Positions 31,105-40,098 of a stretch of 57,100 bases of DNA are shown piece after piece. Every line of letters begins with the position of its first letter. The first letter of the stretch is position 1. The stretch spans positions 1-57,100 of the forward strand of contig CAZDAM010000007.1 in assembly GCA_964503595.1 (NCBI GenBank). The letters are read 5' to 3'. Both the position numbers and the translations under genes were made by a program. The DNA comes from an uncultured bacterium (GTDB taxonomy: Bacteria; Muiribacteriota; UBA6191). The notes beneath the pieces were generated by a model. It did no database searches. It had not been told where the DNA came from and was given only the letters and a program-made list of their open reading frames with translations.

Positions 31105-32951
31105 GCAATTAAAAGAGCCAGATCGGACTGGCGGACTCCGGAGATCAGAGATGCCTGAGCGATATCCAGGGGTTGAACTTCCTTGAGTTTCTGTCGGCTT
31201 TCATTCGAAAGAGCCGGGATTCCGTCATAATTCATATTCCGTGGAATTTGAAGTCCGGTCAGTTTCTGGCGCTCCTGCAGGATCTCCCCCTGTTTTTTGA
31301 TATATCCCTCGTATTTCAGTTCGATTACAGCTTCACGGACGGCTTCTTTTGAGTGTTGCCTACATAGACCATCAAATTCAGGACAAAGTACCCTGATGGT
31401 ATCCGAATGGACCTCAGGACGTTTTAGAAGCTCTGAAAGGGGTTTTCTTCCGTTCCATGGAGAAGTCCGGATCTGGGGATGAGCCGCAAGGACTTCGGAT
31501 CCGATCAGGGTCTGACGCAAAAACCCATGGATGGCATTCATGTCATTTCGCTTGGTTTCAAAACGCTCTATTCTTTCTTGTGTTGCAAGACCTGCTTCAT
31601 AGCCAATCGGGGTCAGACGGGCATCGGCGTTATCGTGGCGGATGAAGGTTCGATGCTCTACCAGGGAAGTGAACATCCGGTAGGGTTCCCTGGTCCCCTT
31701 GGTGACCAGATCGTGAATCAGAACTCCGATATAGCTGTTCTCCCGGTGAATGGGTACCGGACCCTTTCCTGAAATCTTGCGGGCAGCATTGATACCGGCG
31801 ACGAGTCCCTGTCCGGCAGCTTCTTCATAGCCACTGGTTCCATTGACCTGTCCGGCAAAGAAGAGATTTTCCACAATCTTGCTTTCCAGGGAAGGGAAGA
31901 GCTGAATCGGATTGAAGAAATCGTATTCCACAGCATATCCCGGCCGCAGCATATGAGCTTTTTCAAGACCAGGGAGGGTACGGACCATCTGAATCTGAAC
32001 CTGCTGGGGGAGAGATGTAGAAAAGCCCTGAAGATAGATTTCATTGTTGAAACGGGATTCAGGTTCAAGATAGAGAAGGTGGGAGGGCTTGTCCGGAAAC
32101 TTGACGAACTTGTCCTCAATGGAGGGACAGTAACGGGGTCCGGTTCCTTCAATCTGACCTGAAAACAGGGGAGATAAGTGAAGATTGGATTCAATCACTT
32201 CCCGTGTTTTATCCGTGGTCTGGGTAATGTGACAGTCAACCTGCTCACCTTTTAACTCATCTGTCAGAAAGGAGAAATGAGGCATGGGATCCTCACCCTT
32301 TTCAATTTCAAGTCCCTTGGTATCCATACTTGAATTGAGAATGCGGGGGGGAGTTCCGGTTTTCAGCCGTCCTTTTTCGATTCCAAAGCAGGTAATGCTT
32401 CTGGAAAGATGAATCGATGGGGGCTCGCCAATGCGACCTGCAGAAATCTGAGTGGGCCCGATATGGCATTTTCCATTGAGGAAAGTCCCTGTAGTCACAA
32501 TGATGGCCTGGGCAAAATAGCTTTGATCCGCAACGGTCTTAACCCCAATGGCTTTCTGATCCTTTTCCAGAATTTCCGTGACCATACCCTGTCTTAACCA
32601 GAGTCCCGGCTGGGATTCCAGCACCCGCTTCATATGAAGCTGATACATGATCTTGTCAGCCTGGGCTCTTAAGGCCTGAACAGCGGGGCCTTTCTTGGAA
32701 TTCAGGGTGCGAATCTGCAAAAGGGTCTGATCAATGGTCACCCCCATCTGCCCACCCAAGGCGTCAATTTCCCTTACGATATGCCCTTTGGCCGTTCCTC
32801 CGATGGAAGGATTGCAGGGCATCAGGGCGATATTATCCAGATTGATGGTAAGAACCAGGGTTTTCAGACCCATGCGGGATGAGGCCAGGGCAGCTTCAAG
32901 CCCGGCATGCCCGGCTCCGATTACAATAATGTCAAAGTGATTGGCACTCAT
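31080..32951 (-). CDS. mnmG: tRNA uridine-5-carboxymethylaminomethyl(34) synthesis enzyme MnmG (GidA)
   Basis: GAGHAGLEAA, MPCNPSIGG, KGPAVQALRAQAD, RLKTGTPPR, GPRYCPSIEDK, AGQVNGTSGYEEAA, EPYRMFTS. Confidence 0.97.
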   Translation of the reverse strand: MSANHFDIIVIGAGHAGLEAALASSRMGLKTLVLTINLDNIALMPCNPSIGGTAKGHIVREIDALGGQMGVTIDQTLLQIRTLNSKKGPAVQALRAQADKIMYQLHMKRVLESQPGLWLRQGMVTEILEKDQKAIGVKTVADQSYFAQAIIVTTGTFLNGKCHIGPTQISAGRIGEPPSIHLSRSITCFGIEKGRLKTGTPPRILNSSMDTKGLEIEKGEDPMPHFSFLTDELKGEQVDCHITQTTDKTREVIESNLHLSPLFSGQIEGTGPRYCPSIEDKFVKFPDKPSHLLYLEPESRFNNEIYLQGFSTSLPQQVQIQMVRTLPGLEKAHMLRPGYAVEYDFFNPIQLFPSLESKIVENLFFAGQVNGTSGYEEAAGQGLVAGINAARKISGKGPVPIHRENSYIGVLIHDLVTKGTREPYRMFTSLVEHRTFIRHDNADARLTPIGYEAGLATQERIERFETKRNDMNAIHGFLRQTLIGSEVLAAHPQIRTSPWNGRKPLSELLKRPEVHSDTIRVLCPEFDGLCRQHSKEAVREAVIELKYEGYIKKQGEILQERQKLTGLQIPRNMNYDGIPALSNESRQKLKEVQPLDIAQASLISGVRQSDLALLIAWLKKNAA

Positions 32952-34819
32952 GAGGTTTTTTCCAGTGACAGATGTCCTTGTTGGTGAGCATGAATCAAAA
33001 GGGCAATCTCTGTATGCTGGATTCCCTTCAATTTTGCTGCCTGGCCCATATTCATCGGCCTGACTTCATTCAGACGGTTGGCAATATCTTCACTCAAACC
33101 CTGAATCTTATGGTAGTCCATACTGGTTTTCAAAAGCATGGCATCCAGTTCATCCTGATGGCGCATCCGTTTTTTCAGGCGGTTTAGAAAGAAATCATAC
33201 TTGGCGAGAATTTCCAGACGGTAGGCCCAGATGGAATCAAGGACGGTTTCATGGCCAAAACGGGCCAGATCGGTGTAATGGATTTCTTCACGGGCCAAAA
33301 GATTGAAAAGGGAAATCGGATTTTTGATGCTTTTGGATCCGAGTTCTTCAAGGGTTTGAAGAGTCTTTTTATCTGGGCGGATCATGGATGTGTTCAGAGC
33401 CATTCTTTCCCTTTGCATCAGTTGAAGGGAAGCCTCGAACTCCTCAAAGGTTTCTTTTGGAACCAGGCCCAGTTCATAACCGGTTTTGAGGAGTCTTTCC
33501 TCGGCATTGTCGGTACGAAGATGAAGACGGAATTCAGAAGAAGAGGTGGTCACTCTTAGGGGTTCTGTTCGATCATTGGTAACCAGCTCATTGAGCATTT
33601 CAGCCAGATAGGAAGAGGTTGAGGGAAGCAGGAAGGGATCTTTTCCCTGAGCTTTCTGATGGGCATTGATTCCAGCAATCAGTCCCTGGGCAGCGGCTTC
33701 TTCATAGCCGCTGGTTCCGTTGATCTGCCCGGCGGCAAACAGGTTGCCAACCTTTTTGAATTCCAGGGTCTTGAAGAGCTGGGTGCTTTTGACAGCGTCG
33801 TATTCAATGGCATAACCATAGCGCAGAATCCTTGCATTCTGAAGACCGGGAATGGTCTTTAGAATGTCTTCCTGGGCCTCTGGAGGCATGGATGTGGTCA
33901 GGCCCAGAAGATACCATTCATCGTGAAAATCTGATTCGGGCTCGACAAAGATATGGTGAGTTTCCATATCAGGAAAACGGATGACCTTCCGATCGATCGA
34001 AGGGCAGTGCCTGGGGCCGTGCTGGGTGATATTGCCGAGTTTCAAAGGAGATTGGGGAAGCCACTTTTCAATGACCTCGATCGATTCTCCGGTGGTATGA
34101 GTCAAATAGCAGTTTCTTTGTTTCTGACGGGTTTTTTTGCCTGTAAAGCTTGTCAGGCCAGGGTGACCGGGAAGAGGCTCCATCTCTTCAAAATTCAGAG
34201 TGCTGCCGGCAACTCTGGGAGGAGTCGCAGTCTGTAGGCGGGTAATTTCAATGTTCAGTTCATCCAGACTCTGACGTAGAGCTTTGGAGGGGGAATGACC
34301 GGCTGGACCTCCCTCGGTACGGCTGTTTCCGAGGATGATGTTTCCGTTCAGGAAAGTGCCGGTGGCCAGAATCACAGCTTTGGCTTCAAACTGAAGACCG
34401 GTTTCAAGTTCGACTCCATATACGGCAGAGTCTTTGTGCAGAAGCCGGACGGCTTCTCCCTGCATCAGGGAGATGTTGGGGTGGGCCTCCATTCTGGCTT
34501 TGACATTCAGGTGGTAAAGAATTTTGTCAGCCTGGGCCCTTAAGGCACGTACGGCAGGTCCACGGGATTCATTGAGTTCGCGCATCTGAAGATAGGCATC
34601 ATCGACGAAATGGCCAATTTGTCCCCCCAGAGCATGGATTTCCCGAACCAGATGACCTTTGCCGGGCCCTCCTACGGAAGGGTTGCAGGGCATCATGGCG
34701 ACACACTGCAGACTGGTTGCCAGAATCAGGACATTGCTTCCCAGATTGGCAGCAGCAAAAGCGGCTTCAGTTCCGGAATGTCCGGCACCAATGACAATGA
34801 CATCGTATTGATCATGCAT
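32948..34819 (-). CDS. Second, divergent full-length MnmG/GidA paralog
   Basis: GAGHSGTEAA, MPCNPSVGG, RGPAVRALRAQAD, RLQTATPPR, GPRHCPSIDRK, AGQINGTSGYEEAA; 623 aa; ATGA overlap with mnmG. Confidence 0.92.
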   Translation of the reverse strand: MHDQYDVIVIGAGHSGTEAAFAAANLGSNVLILATSLQCVAMMPCNPSVGGPGKGHLVREIHALGGQIGHFVDDAYLQMRELNESRGPAVRALRAQADKILYHLNVKARMEAHPNISLMQGEAVRLLHKDSAVYGVELETGLQFEAKAVILATGTFLNGNIILGNSRTEGGPAGHSPSKALRQSLDELNIEITRLQTATPPRVAGSTLNFEEMEPLPGHPGLTSFTGKKTRQKQRNCYLTHTTGESIEVIEKWLPQSPLKLGNITQHGPRHCPSIDRKVIRFPDMETHHIFVEPESDFHDEWYLLGLTTSMPPEAQEDILKTIPGLQNARILRYGYAIEYDAVKSTQLFKTLEFKKVGNLFAAGQINGTSGYEEAAAQGLIAGINAHQKAQGKDPFLLPSTSSYLAEMLNELVTNDRTEPLRVTTSSSEFRLHLRTDNAEERLLKTGYELGLVPKETFEEFEASLQLMQRERMALNTSMIRPDKKTLQTLEELGSKSIKNPISLFNLLAREEIHYTDLARFGHETVLDSIWAYRLEILAKYDFFLNRLKKRMRHQDELDAMLLKTSMDYHKIQGLSEDIANRLNEVRPMNMGQAAKLKGIQHTEIALLIHAHQQGHLSLEKTS

Positions 34820-34920
34820 AATTCTTCACCCGATTATATCGCTGTGGGCGGGAAGTCACCGGATTGAATTGCTGCCCACAGCCTGGAATCTACAGTGTGC
34901 CAGCCTGAATCGGGGATCTG

Positions 34921-35736
34921 TCAATAACTCTCCACAATATCGCGCACAATCGTTTCGGAAAAGGCCAGATATTTCTGGAGAAGTGCTTCGGGACCGAACC
35001 AGGCGGTAATCATCGCGGCCAGAATGATCCAGGGACCAAAGGCAATCATGGTCATACCCTTTTTCTTTTCCATGAAGCGGGATTTGATCAGAAAGAAGAT
35101 CCCGAAGAAGGAACCGGTCAGAGAGGAGAGGGCCAAAGTCATCAGGCCCCCCTGAACACCGAGGATACTGCCGAGAAAAAGCATCAGTTTGATATCCCCT
35201 CCACCCATGGCTTCGCGTCCCAGAAATCGAGTACAGAGATTGGCAATTGCCATGAGTGTTCCTGCACTGAGGATTGCGCCCAGAAGGGACTCGGTCAGGG
35301 AGATCGTTGGCTGGGTGAATATCTGGGCAGCAGCGGCGTAGGAGATTCCAATCCCCAGCCCTAGCCAGTTGAGTTCATCCGGAATGATGTACCAGTGAAA
35401 ATCAATGCGGGCAATAGTGAAACAGATGGCCCAGGTAAACAGGATCAGAATCGGTGGAAAGAAATGCTCCGGCTTCCCAGCCCACGGCAGGGCGATGACT
35501 GCGAAAATGAGGAAACGGATCAGAGCCCCGTCAGATAATGGCCATACCGGCTGAAGAAGACGGCGAATGCCGCCGGCTTCGGGAACAATTTCAAAGGCAG
35601 CCTGGGGCCGGCAGCGCTCCTGGAGTACTTTCTGTTCCAGCTGGTTCTCAAGCTGGGCAAAAGGAGCCAGACGATCAAACCAGAACTCGGTAAGAAGCCA
35701 GAAAAACGGTATGCAGACAAGAAATTCAAGATTCAT
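34921..35736 (-). CDS. A24-family prepilin peptidase
   Basis: Catalytic Asp motifs IDFHWYIIPD and MGGGDIKL; IAFGPWI; polytopic; lacks the N-terminal CxxC pairs of PilD. Confidence 0.85.
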   Translation of the reverse strand: MNLEFLVCIPFFWLLTEFWFDRLAPFAQLENQLEQKVLQERCRPQAAFEIVPEAGGIRRLLQPVWPLSDGALIRFLIFAVIALPWAGKPEHFFPPILILFTWAICFTIARIDFHWYIIPDELNWLGLGIGISYAAAAQIFTQPTISLTESLLGAILSAGTLMAIANLCTRFLGREAMGGGDIKLMLFLGSILGVQGGLMTLALSSLTGSFFGIFFLIKSRFMEKKKGMTMIAFGPWIILAAMITAWFGPEALLQKYLAFSETIVRDIVESY

Positions 35737-35752
35737 TGTTTCACGTGAAACC
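35737..35752. promoter_or_regulatory. parS site
   Basis: TGTTTCACGTGAAACC (15/16 consensus) filling the 17-bp gap between two genes. Confidence 0.85.
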
Positions 35753-35753
35753 T

Positions 35754-36491
35754 TCAGCGTACGGACTGAATCATTCCACCCACATATCGTACATCAATCG
35801 CTGTACCATTGCGATCCAGAACTGAGCTGTTCTGGGTATCGAATCCGATTGGAGTCGAGAACTTTCCGGCGGACCGGACATTGACCAGAACGGATAAGAG
35901 GACTCCGTCATAGAAATTGCGGGCCTGAATTTCCCGAGTCAGACTATGGGCAATCCAATAGTAGCCACATTCATTTCCACAATCTCCAACCCGGCTGAGA
36001 GGATTGGTTTCAGTTCTTCCCACAAGAATGGAAAACTGGGGATCAAGATAGGAACGCAACCGGACAGACTCATTGCCTTCAATCAGGGAAACTGATTCAG
36101 CGGAGGAGTCCGCAATTTTCAGCAGTGAGGAATTGAAACGCAGAACCAGAGGCATATCGTAGATCTGCTGGGTGGAAGTCTGAATCTGATTAGCGACAAT
36201 GTCGAGCTGAAATACATTATCGCCTAAATCCACTGAACTCAGGCGAATATAGATGGAGTTGGAAGCAATCTGGTTTTCCTGAATCTGAATTTCAGACTGA
36301 GTAGGAAAACTGGTATCCATTTGCTGGAAGCTGAAACGTCTTCCTTGGGATGTGGATGGAGTCTGGGAATTGTTGGAGGAATTGCCATCAAAGACACTGC
36401 CATCGGATGCCTGACAACCAATGAGCTGCAGACAAAAGATCAGGGACAGGAAAAAAATCCCGAATTTAAGGAATCGATTCACCATAGGCAC
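35754..36491 (-). CDS. Lipoprotein with cohesin-like domain
   Basis: Lipobox LIGC; S/N/T/Q-rich linker; beta-rich FQLDIVANQI...IYDMPLVLRFNSSLLKI...EG...GVLLSVLVNVRSAGK...IGFD..NSSVLDRNG. Confidence 0.65.
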   Translation of the reverse strand: MPMVNRFLKFGIFFLSLIFCLQLIGCQASDGSVFDGNSSNNSQTPSTSQGRRFSFQQMDTSFPTQSEIQIQENQIASNSIYIRLSSVDLGDNVFQLDIVANQIQTSTQQIYDMPLVLRFNSSLLKIADSSAESVSLIEGNESVRLRSYLDPQFSILVGRTETNPLSRVGDCGNECGYYWIAHSLTREIQARNFYDGVLLSVLVNVRSAGKFSTPIGFDTQNSSVLDRNGTAIDVRYVGGMIQSVR

Positions 36492-39400
36492 TCAAAAGAA
36501 GCTGCATGTCCTTTTCATCAACAATCTGATCCAGGTTGATATCGAGACGGCAATCAGTTTTCAGGAATTCGGTGCACTGGCGGTTTCGAATCGCCTGAGC
36601 AAGGATGGCTATATCGTAAGCATCAATCTGGTTGGAAGCGGGATAACTCAGATTTGTGATGCGTCTGGACATATCAAAATTCAGCATGGTGACAGTGAAG
36701 GTCTCATTGGGACGGATCTGTTCTCCGTCAATGACAACCTGAATCACCGCAGTCTTTGAAATCGTACTTTTTACAGAGCGCAGCAACTGAACATAGGTCC
36801 CGTCTCCCGAGGAAGTTACCGGGCCAGCCAGGACTCCCTGGGTGGTTTGAATGGAAAGAATGGACTGAGGAGGAAGAAAAAGAACTTCTCCGAAGGTATT
36901 ACGGGGGCGAACAACAATGCGTGTCTGGGTCAGCCCATTGGCATGCAGAACAGGATTGGAAATTCGGACTTCTGTCTTTTGAGGATCTGCTGAGCCGATT
37001 CCGACAAATTGGACTTCCCGGGTCTGAAGGCTGAGCCGATTGTCGATTCTCACCGTAATCTGGGAAGTTGTAGAGAAATTGGTGGAACGTAGAGACAACC
37101 GATAGGTTCCATCCTCAAAGTTTACGGTAGGTACATTTTCCTTGCCTGCAGGTACAAGAATTGTTCCTCCTGAATTGGCGGGCTCAGCCCTTAAAAGGGT
37201 TCCTTCGCTGGCTGAAACCGTGATGCGGTTGGCATCGATGGAAGATCCCATGATGCTTCCATCCGGGAAGATAGGGATGATTCGAATCTCTGTCTGACTC
37301 TCACCGTTGGCTTCAATCGCTGTATTTCCGATTTCAACTTGAAGACGGGTCGGATTGACATCCACAAGCTGGACAACGGCATTGTTGGAAATATCGCGAA
37401 ATCCGTTGCTTTGAAGGCGGCCCCGAACCAGAATGGCGCAGTTGGTGGTAATTCCAATTTGGGGGAGAGCCGTCAGAACAGCTGTTAGAATGATCGTGTT
37501 TCCGGTAGAAAAGGCAATCGGGCGGACACTGATTCCGTTGGTTGTCGAATCTCCAGAAGCGCTGGAAAGGGAAGAATTCACCCCATGGCAGTTGGTGGGT
37601 GAGCTGAGATTGAGCCGGATCAACTCTGAGATATCGGAATTTACGGGAGTTCCATCTTCAAAACGAGGCAGAATTTCAATTTGGGTGGTATCTCCGGATC
37701 CCAGGGTCAGATATTGCCGCTGGGCACGGATTTCAGTTTTAAAAGGATCGGCATAAGAGAAGGTAATCTCAGATCGCTGGGTCAGATTCTCACCCAGAAG
37801 TTCGGCGGCAATGTTGGCTTTGGTAGCATTCGGGCCAGCTGAGACTGTAAAGCGGTAGAAAGGAGAACCAAAATAACTGGTGGAAGCTCCAAGGCGGGGA
37901 CTTGGAAAGGCATCCAGACCCCCATCCGACATCAGAATAAGCGGACCGATGACGGTCGAGATACTGACTCCGGTAACCGATTGTCCGGTTTCAGTGGAGA
38001 GGACGCGAAGCCGCATGTCATGAACGGGGTTCAAAACAAAAGGAACGGGAGTCTGATCGGAAAAATTGGGGTAAAGATCCACAAGAACGGTTGGAGTGGT
38101 GATATTGGGAAGGCCAATATGAACCCGGCTTTGAGAGACAAAAAACTGGGAACCACTGGTAGACGCTGAAATGAAATTCACCGACAGGGGAGGTAGTTCG
38201 ACTCCATCAAAAAACGGTCGCAGGCTGACATTGGCACGTCCGGCAAAGGATGCGGTTGCCAGAAAAGTGGGAACGGCTGCATTTACATCCTTTTCAAATG
38301 CGGTAGTGACGACTGTAGCCGGCCGATCGGACTGAAAAAGGAGAAAACTCCTTGATGTACTCAGGTCGGGGCTGGCTTCAATCGATGTGCCATCTGAAAA
38401 TCGGGGCTGGACTCTTATGGTGGCGGGGGCGGCATAGACATTCGGGGCATAGCCGAAAATGTCGGTTCCGCTTGTTTTGATGCCATGAATGATATCGGGA
38501 ATCAGTTCGACTACGCTGCGATCCGTCTGGGGTTTTTCTATCGACAGGAAGGCTGATTTGACCAGTTCATTTCCATTTGCGGAGCTGTCAAAATAGACTT
38601 CCACTTTATTGAGACAGCGCTGAATTCCATCGGGAAGGGAAGGGGCATACAGTTCAAAACGATAGCGAATCGGAGATCCAGCGAGAAAGGTTGGTTGGGC
38701 CTGGGTGGTGGGAGAAGTCCGGTTCAGTGAGGCTATCGATACTGTCTGACAGAGAGTGTTTGCTTGAGAATCAATCCCCTGGGAAGTGTATTCGGCGAAG
38801 GAGGCCCGGGAAGTCCGGACCTGCAGTCGGGGAGAAATGTTTTCGGTGAGGGCAAAACCGCTGGCATCACGAGCAGTGAAAAACCCCAGAGTCCAGCTCA
38901 GATTTTGATCTGCCCCACCGGTTTTTCCATTGCCATAAAGAATGGTTTTGTCCAGAGCCAGTTCACTGCCACCCAGTTCGACATTGCTGGAACCAAAATT
39001 TGTGATAAACTGGAGGGAAGCACTTCCACCAGGAGTCATGGCAAAGGATGCTGCGGTATTGGCTCCATCTCCGTCCTCCAAAGCGGATTCCCGGGTATCA
39101 TGCCAGAACTCCAGAGAAAAATTCCGCGCCTTGGAAAGCCAGGTCTGTTTTTCATTGGTGCTCAGGCGTTTCAGAAATGTGAAATCCTGTTCGAGCTGCA
39201 CCTGGCGGCTGGCATAATTGGGGACTTCAATCGGAAACGGTTCAATGAAGGCCTCGTAGTTTCCCTGAGGAACCCCCTGAATCCGAAAAGTACCATCGTA
39301 AAGAACTCCCTGATTGGAAGCCAGTCCGGAGATTCCGGAAATGGCAATAGTCCGATCCAGCACATTCCAGAGCGTTACATGGGCACCGCTGACACTGTCT

Positions 39401-40098
39401 CCGGAGAATTCTCCACTCAGGACCCTGCCGGTTACAGTTCCGGAATAACGATTGGTGGAAGCCGGGTAGGTCGAGGCAAAAAGGGCAATATCATCCTGGC
39501 TTAAGGACTTCTGATCATCACTGTAATAGGGAAACATGGTGGCTTCAGAAATTGTCCTGGCCTTCAGTACACGGGTTCGGATCGCGGAGTGATCAAAACC
39601 AAGAAGATGGCCGATTTCATGAGTTGCTACACCCTGAAGAGAAATCTGGTTGGCGCTGACATTGGAATTTCCAGTTACAAAGACAAAACTGGCCTTGTTA
39701 AAGAGAATGTCAGCATCGACAATTTCTCCTGTCTGAGAGTTTGCGGTCGTCAGAGTCAGGCCGATGATCCCGGAATTGAGCTGACCCCCGGAACTGAAAC
39801 TGACATGGTTGGCAAAATCGGGAGTGGCCGATGATGCGGGAGTTGTTGCGGTCTGGATCAGACTCAGGCTGATGCTGGCATCACTGACACTGTTCCAGAC
39901 GCCAATGGCAGCCTGCATTTCAGAAATCACTTCGGCATTGGAGAGTGAGGATGCTGTCGAAGGGTTTACAAAAAGGTTCAGGTTGCTGCTGCTCCAGCGC
40001 ATGGGGGTGAAAGTCCCGGTAGCGGATCGGGCCAAGTAGGGGATTCCAGCCATGCAGCAGGTCTGAAAAATCAGAAAAAGGCTGAACAGACGCATCAT
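36466..40098 (-). CDS. Secreted matrixin-like (metzincin) metalloprotease with Ig/invasin-like repeats and C-terminal dockerin-like domain
   Basis: Signal peptide; HEIGHLLGFDHS with Met-turn ATMFP; prealbumin-like GTVTGRV...DGTFRIQGVPQGNY; repeats such as ANG..QT.I.V.PR...G...DGTY; C-terminal NQIDAYDIAIL and DINLDQIVDEKDMQLLLSAYG. Confidence 0.85.
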   Translation of the reverse strand: MMRLFSLFLIFQTCCMAGIPYLARSATGTFTPMRWSSSNLNLFVNPSTASSLSNAEVISEMQAAIGVWNSVSDASISLSLIQTATTPASSATPDFANHVSFSSGGQLNSGIIGLTLTTANSQTGEIVDADILFNKASFVFVTGNSNVSANQISLQGVATHEIGHLLGFDHSAIRTRVLKARTISEATMFPYYSDDQKSLSQDDIALFASTYPASTNRYSGTVTGRVLSGEFSGDSVSGAHVTLWNVLDRTIAISGISGLASNQGVLYDGTFRIQGVPQGNYEAFIEPFPIEVPNYASRQVQLEQDFTFLKRLSTNEKQTWLSKARNFSLEFWHDTRESALEDGDGANTAASFAMTPGGSASLQFITNFGSSNVELGGSELALDKTILYGNGKTGGADQNLSWTLGFFTARDASGFALTENISPRLQVRTSRASFAEYTSQGIDSQANTLCQTVSIASLNRTSPTTQAQPTFLAGSPIRYRFELYAPSLPDGIQRCLNKVEVYFDSSANGNELVKSAFLSIEKPQTDRSVVELIPDIIHGIKTSGTDIFGYAPNVYAAPATIRVQPRFSDGTSIEASPDLSTSRSFLLFQSDRPATVVTTAFEKDVNAAVPTFLATASFAGRANVSLRPFFDGVELPPLSVNFISASTSGSQFFVSQSRVHIGLPNITTPTVLVDLYPNFSDQTPVPFVLNPVHDMRLRVLSTETGQSVTGVSISTVIGPLILMSDGGLDAFPSPRLGASTSYFGSPFYRFTVSAGPNATKANIAAELLGENLTQRSEITFSYADPFKTEIRAQRQYLTLGSGDTTQIEILPRFEDGTPVNSDISELIRLNLSSPTNCHGVNSSLSSASGDSTTNGISVRPIAFSTGNTIILTAVLTALPQIGITTNCAILVRGRLQSNGFRDISNNAVVQLVDVNPTRLQVEIGNTAIEANGESQTEIRIIPIFPDGSIMGSSIDANRITVSASEGTLLRAEPANSGGTILVPAGKENVPTVNFEDGTYRLSLRSTNFSTTSQITVRIDNRLSLQTREVQFVGIGSADPQKTEVRISNPVLHANGLTQTRIVVRPRNTFGEVLFLPPQSILSIQTTQGVLAGPVTSSGDGTYVQLLRSVKSTISKTAVIQVVIDGEQIRPNETFTVTMLNFDMSRRITNLSYPASNQIDAYDIAILAQAIRNRQCTEFLKTDCRLDINLDQIVDEKDMQLLLSAYGESIP

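Noticed and set aside
34841-34882. Inverted repeat GCTGTGGGC / GCCCACAGC upstream of the mnmG paralog
   Set aside because: 9-bp stem with a 24-nt loop, no U-tract, single copy; not enough for a terminator or mobile repeat call.
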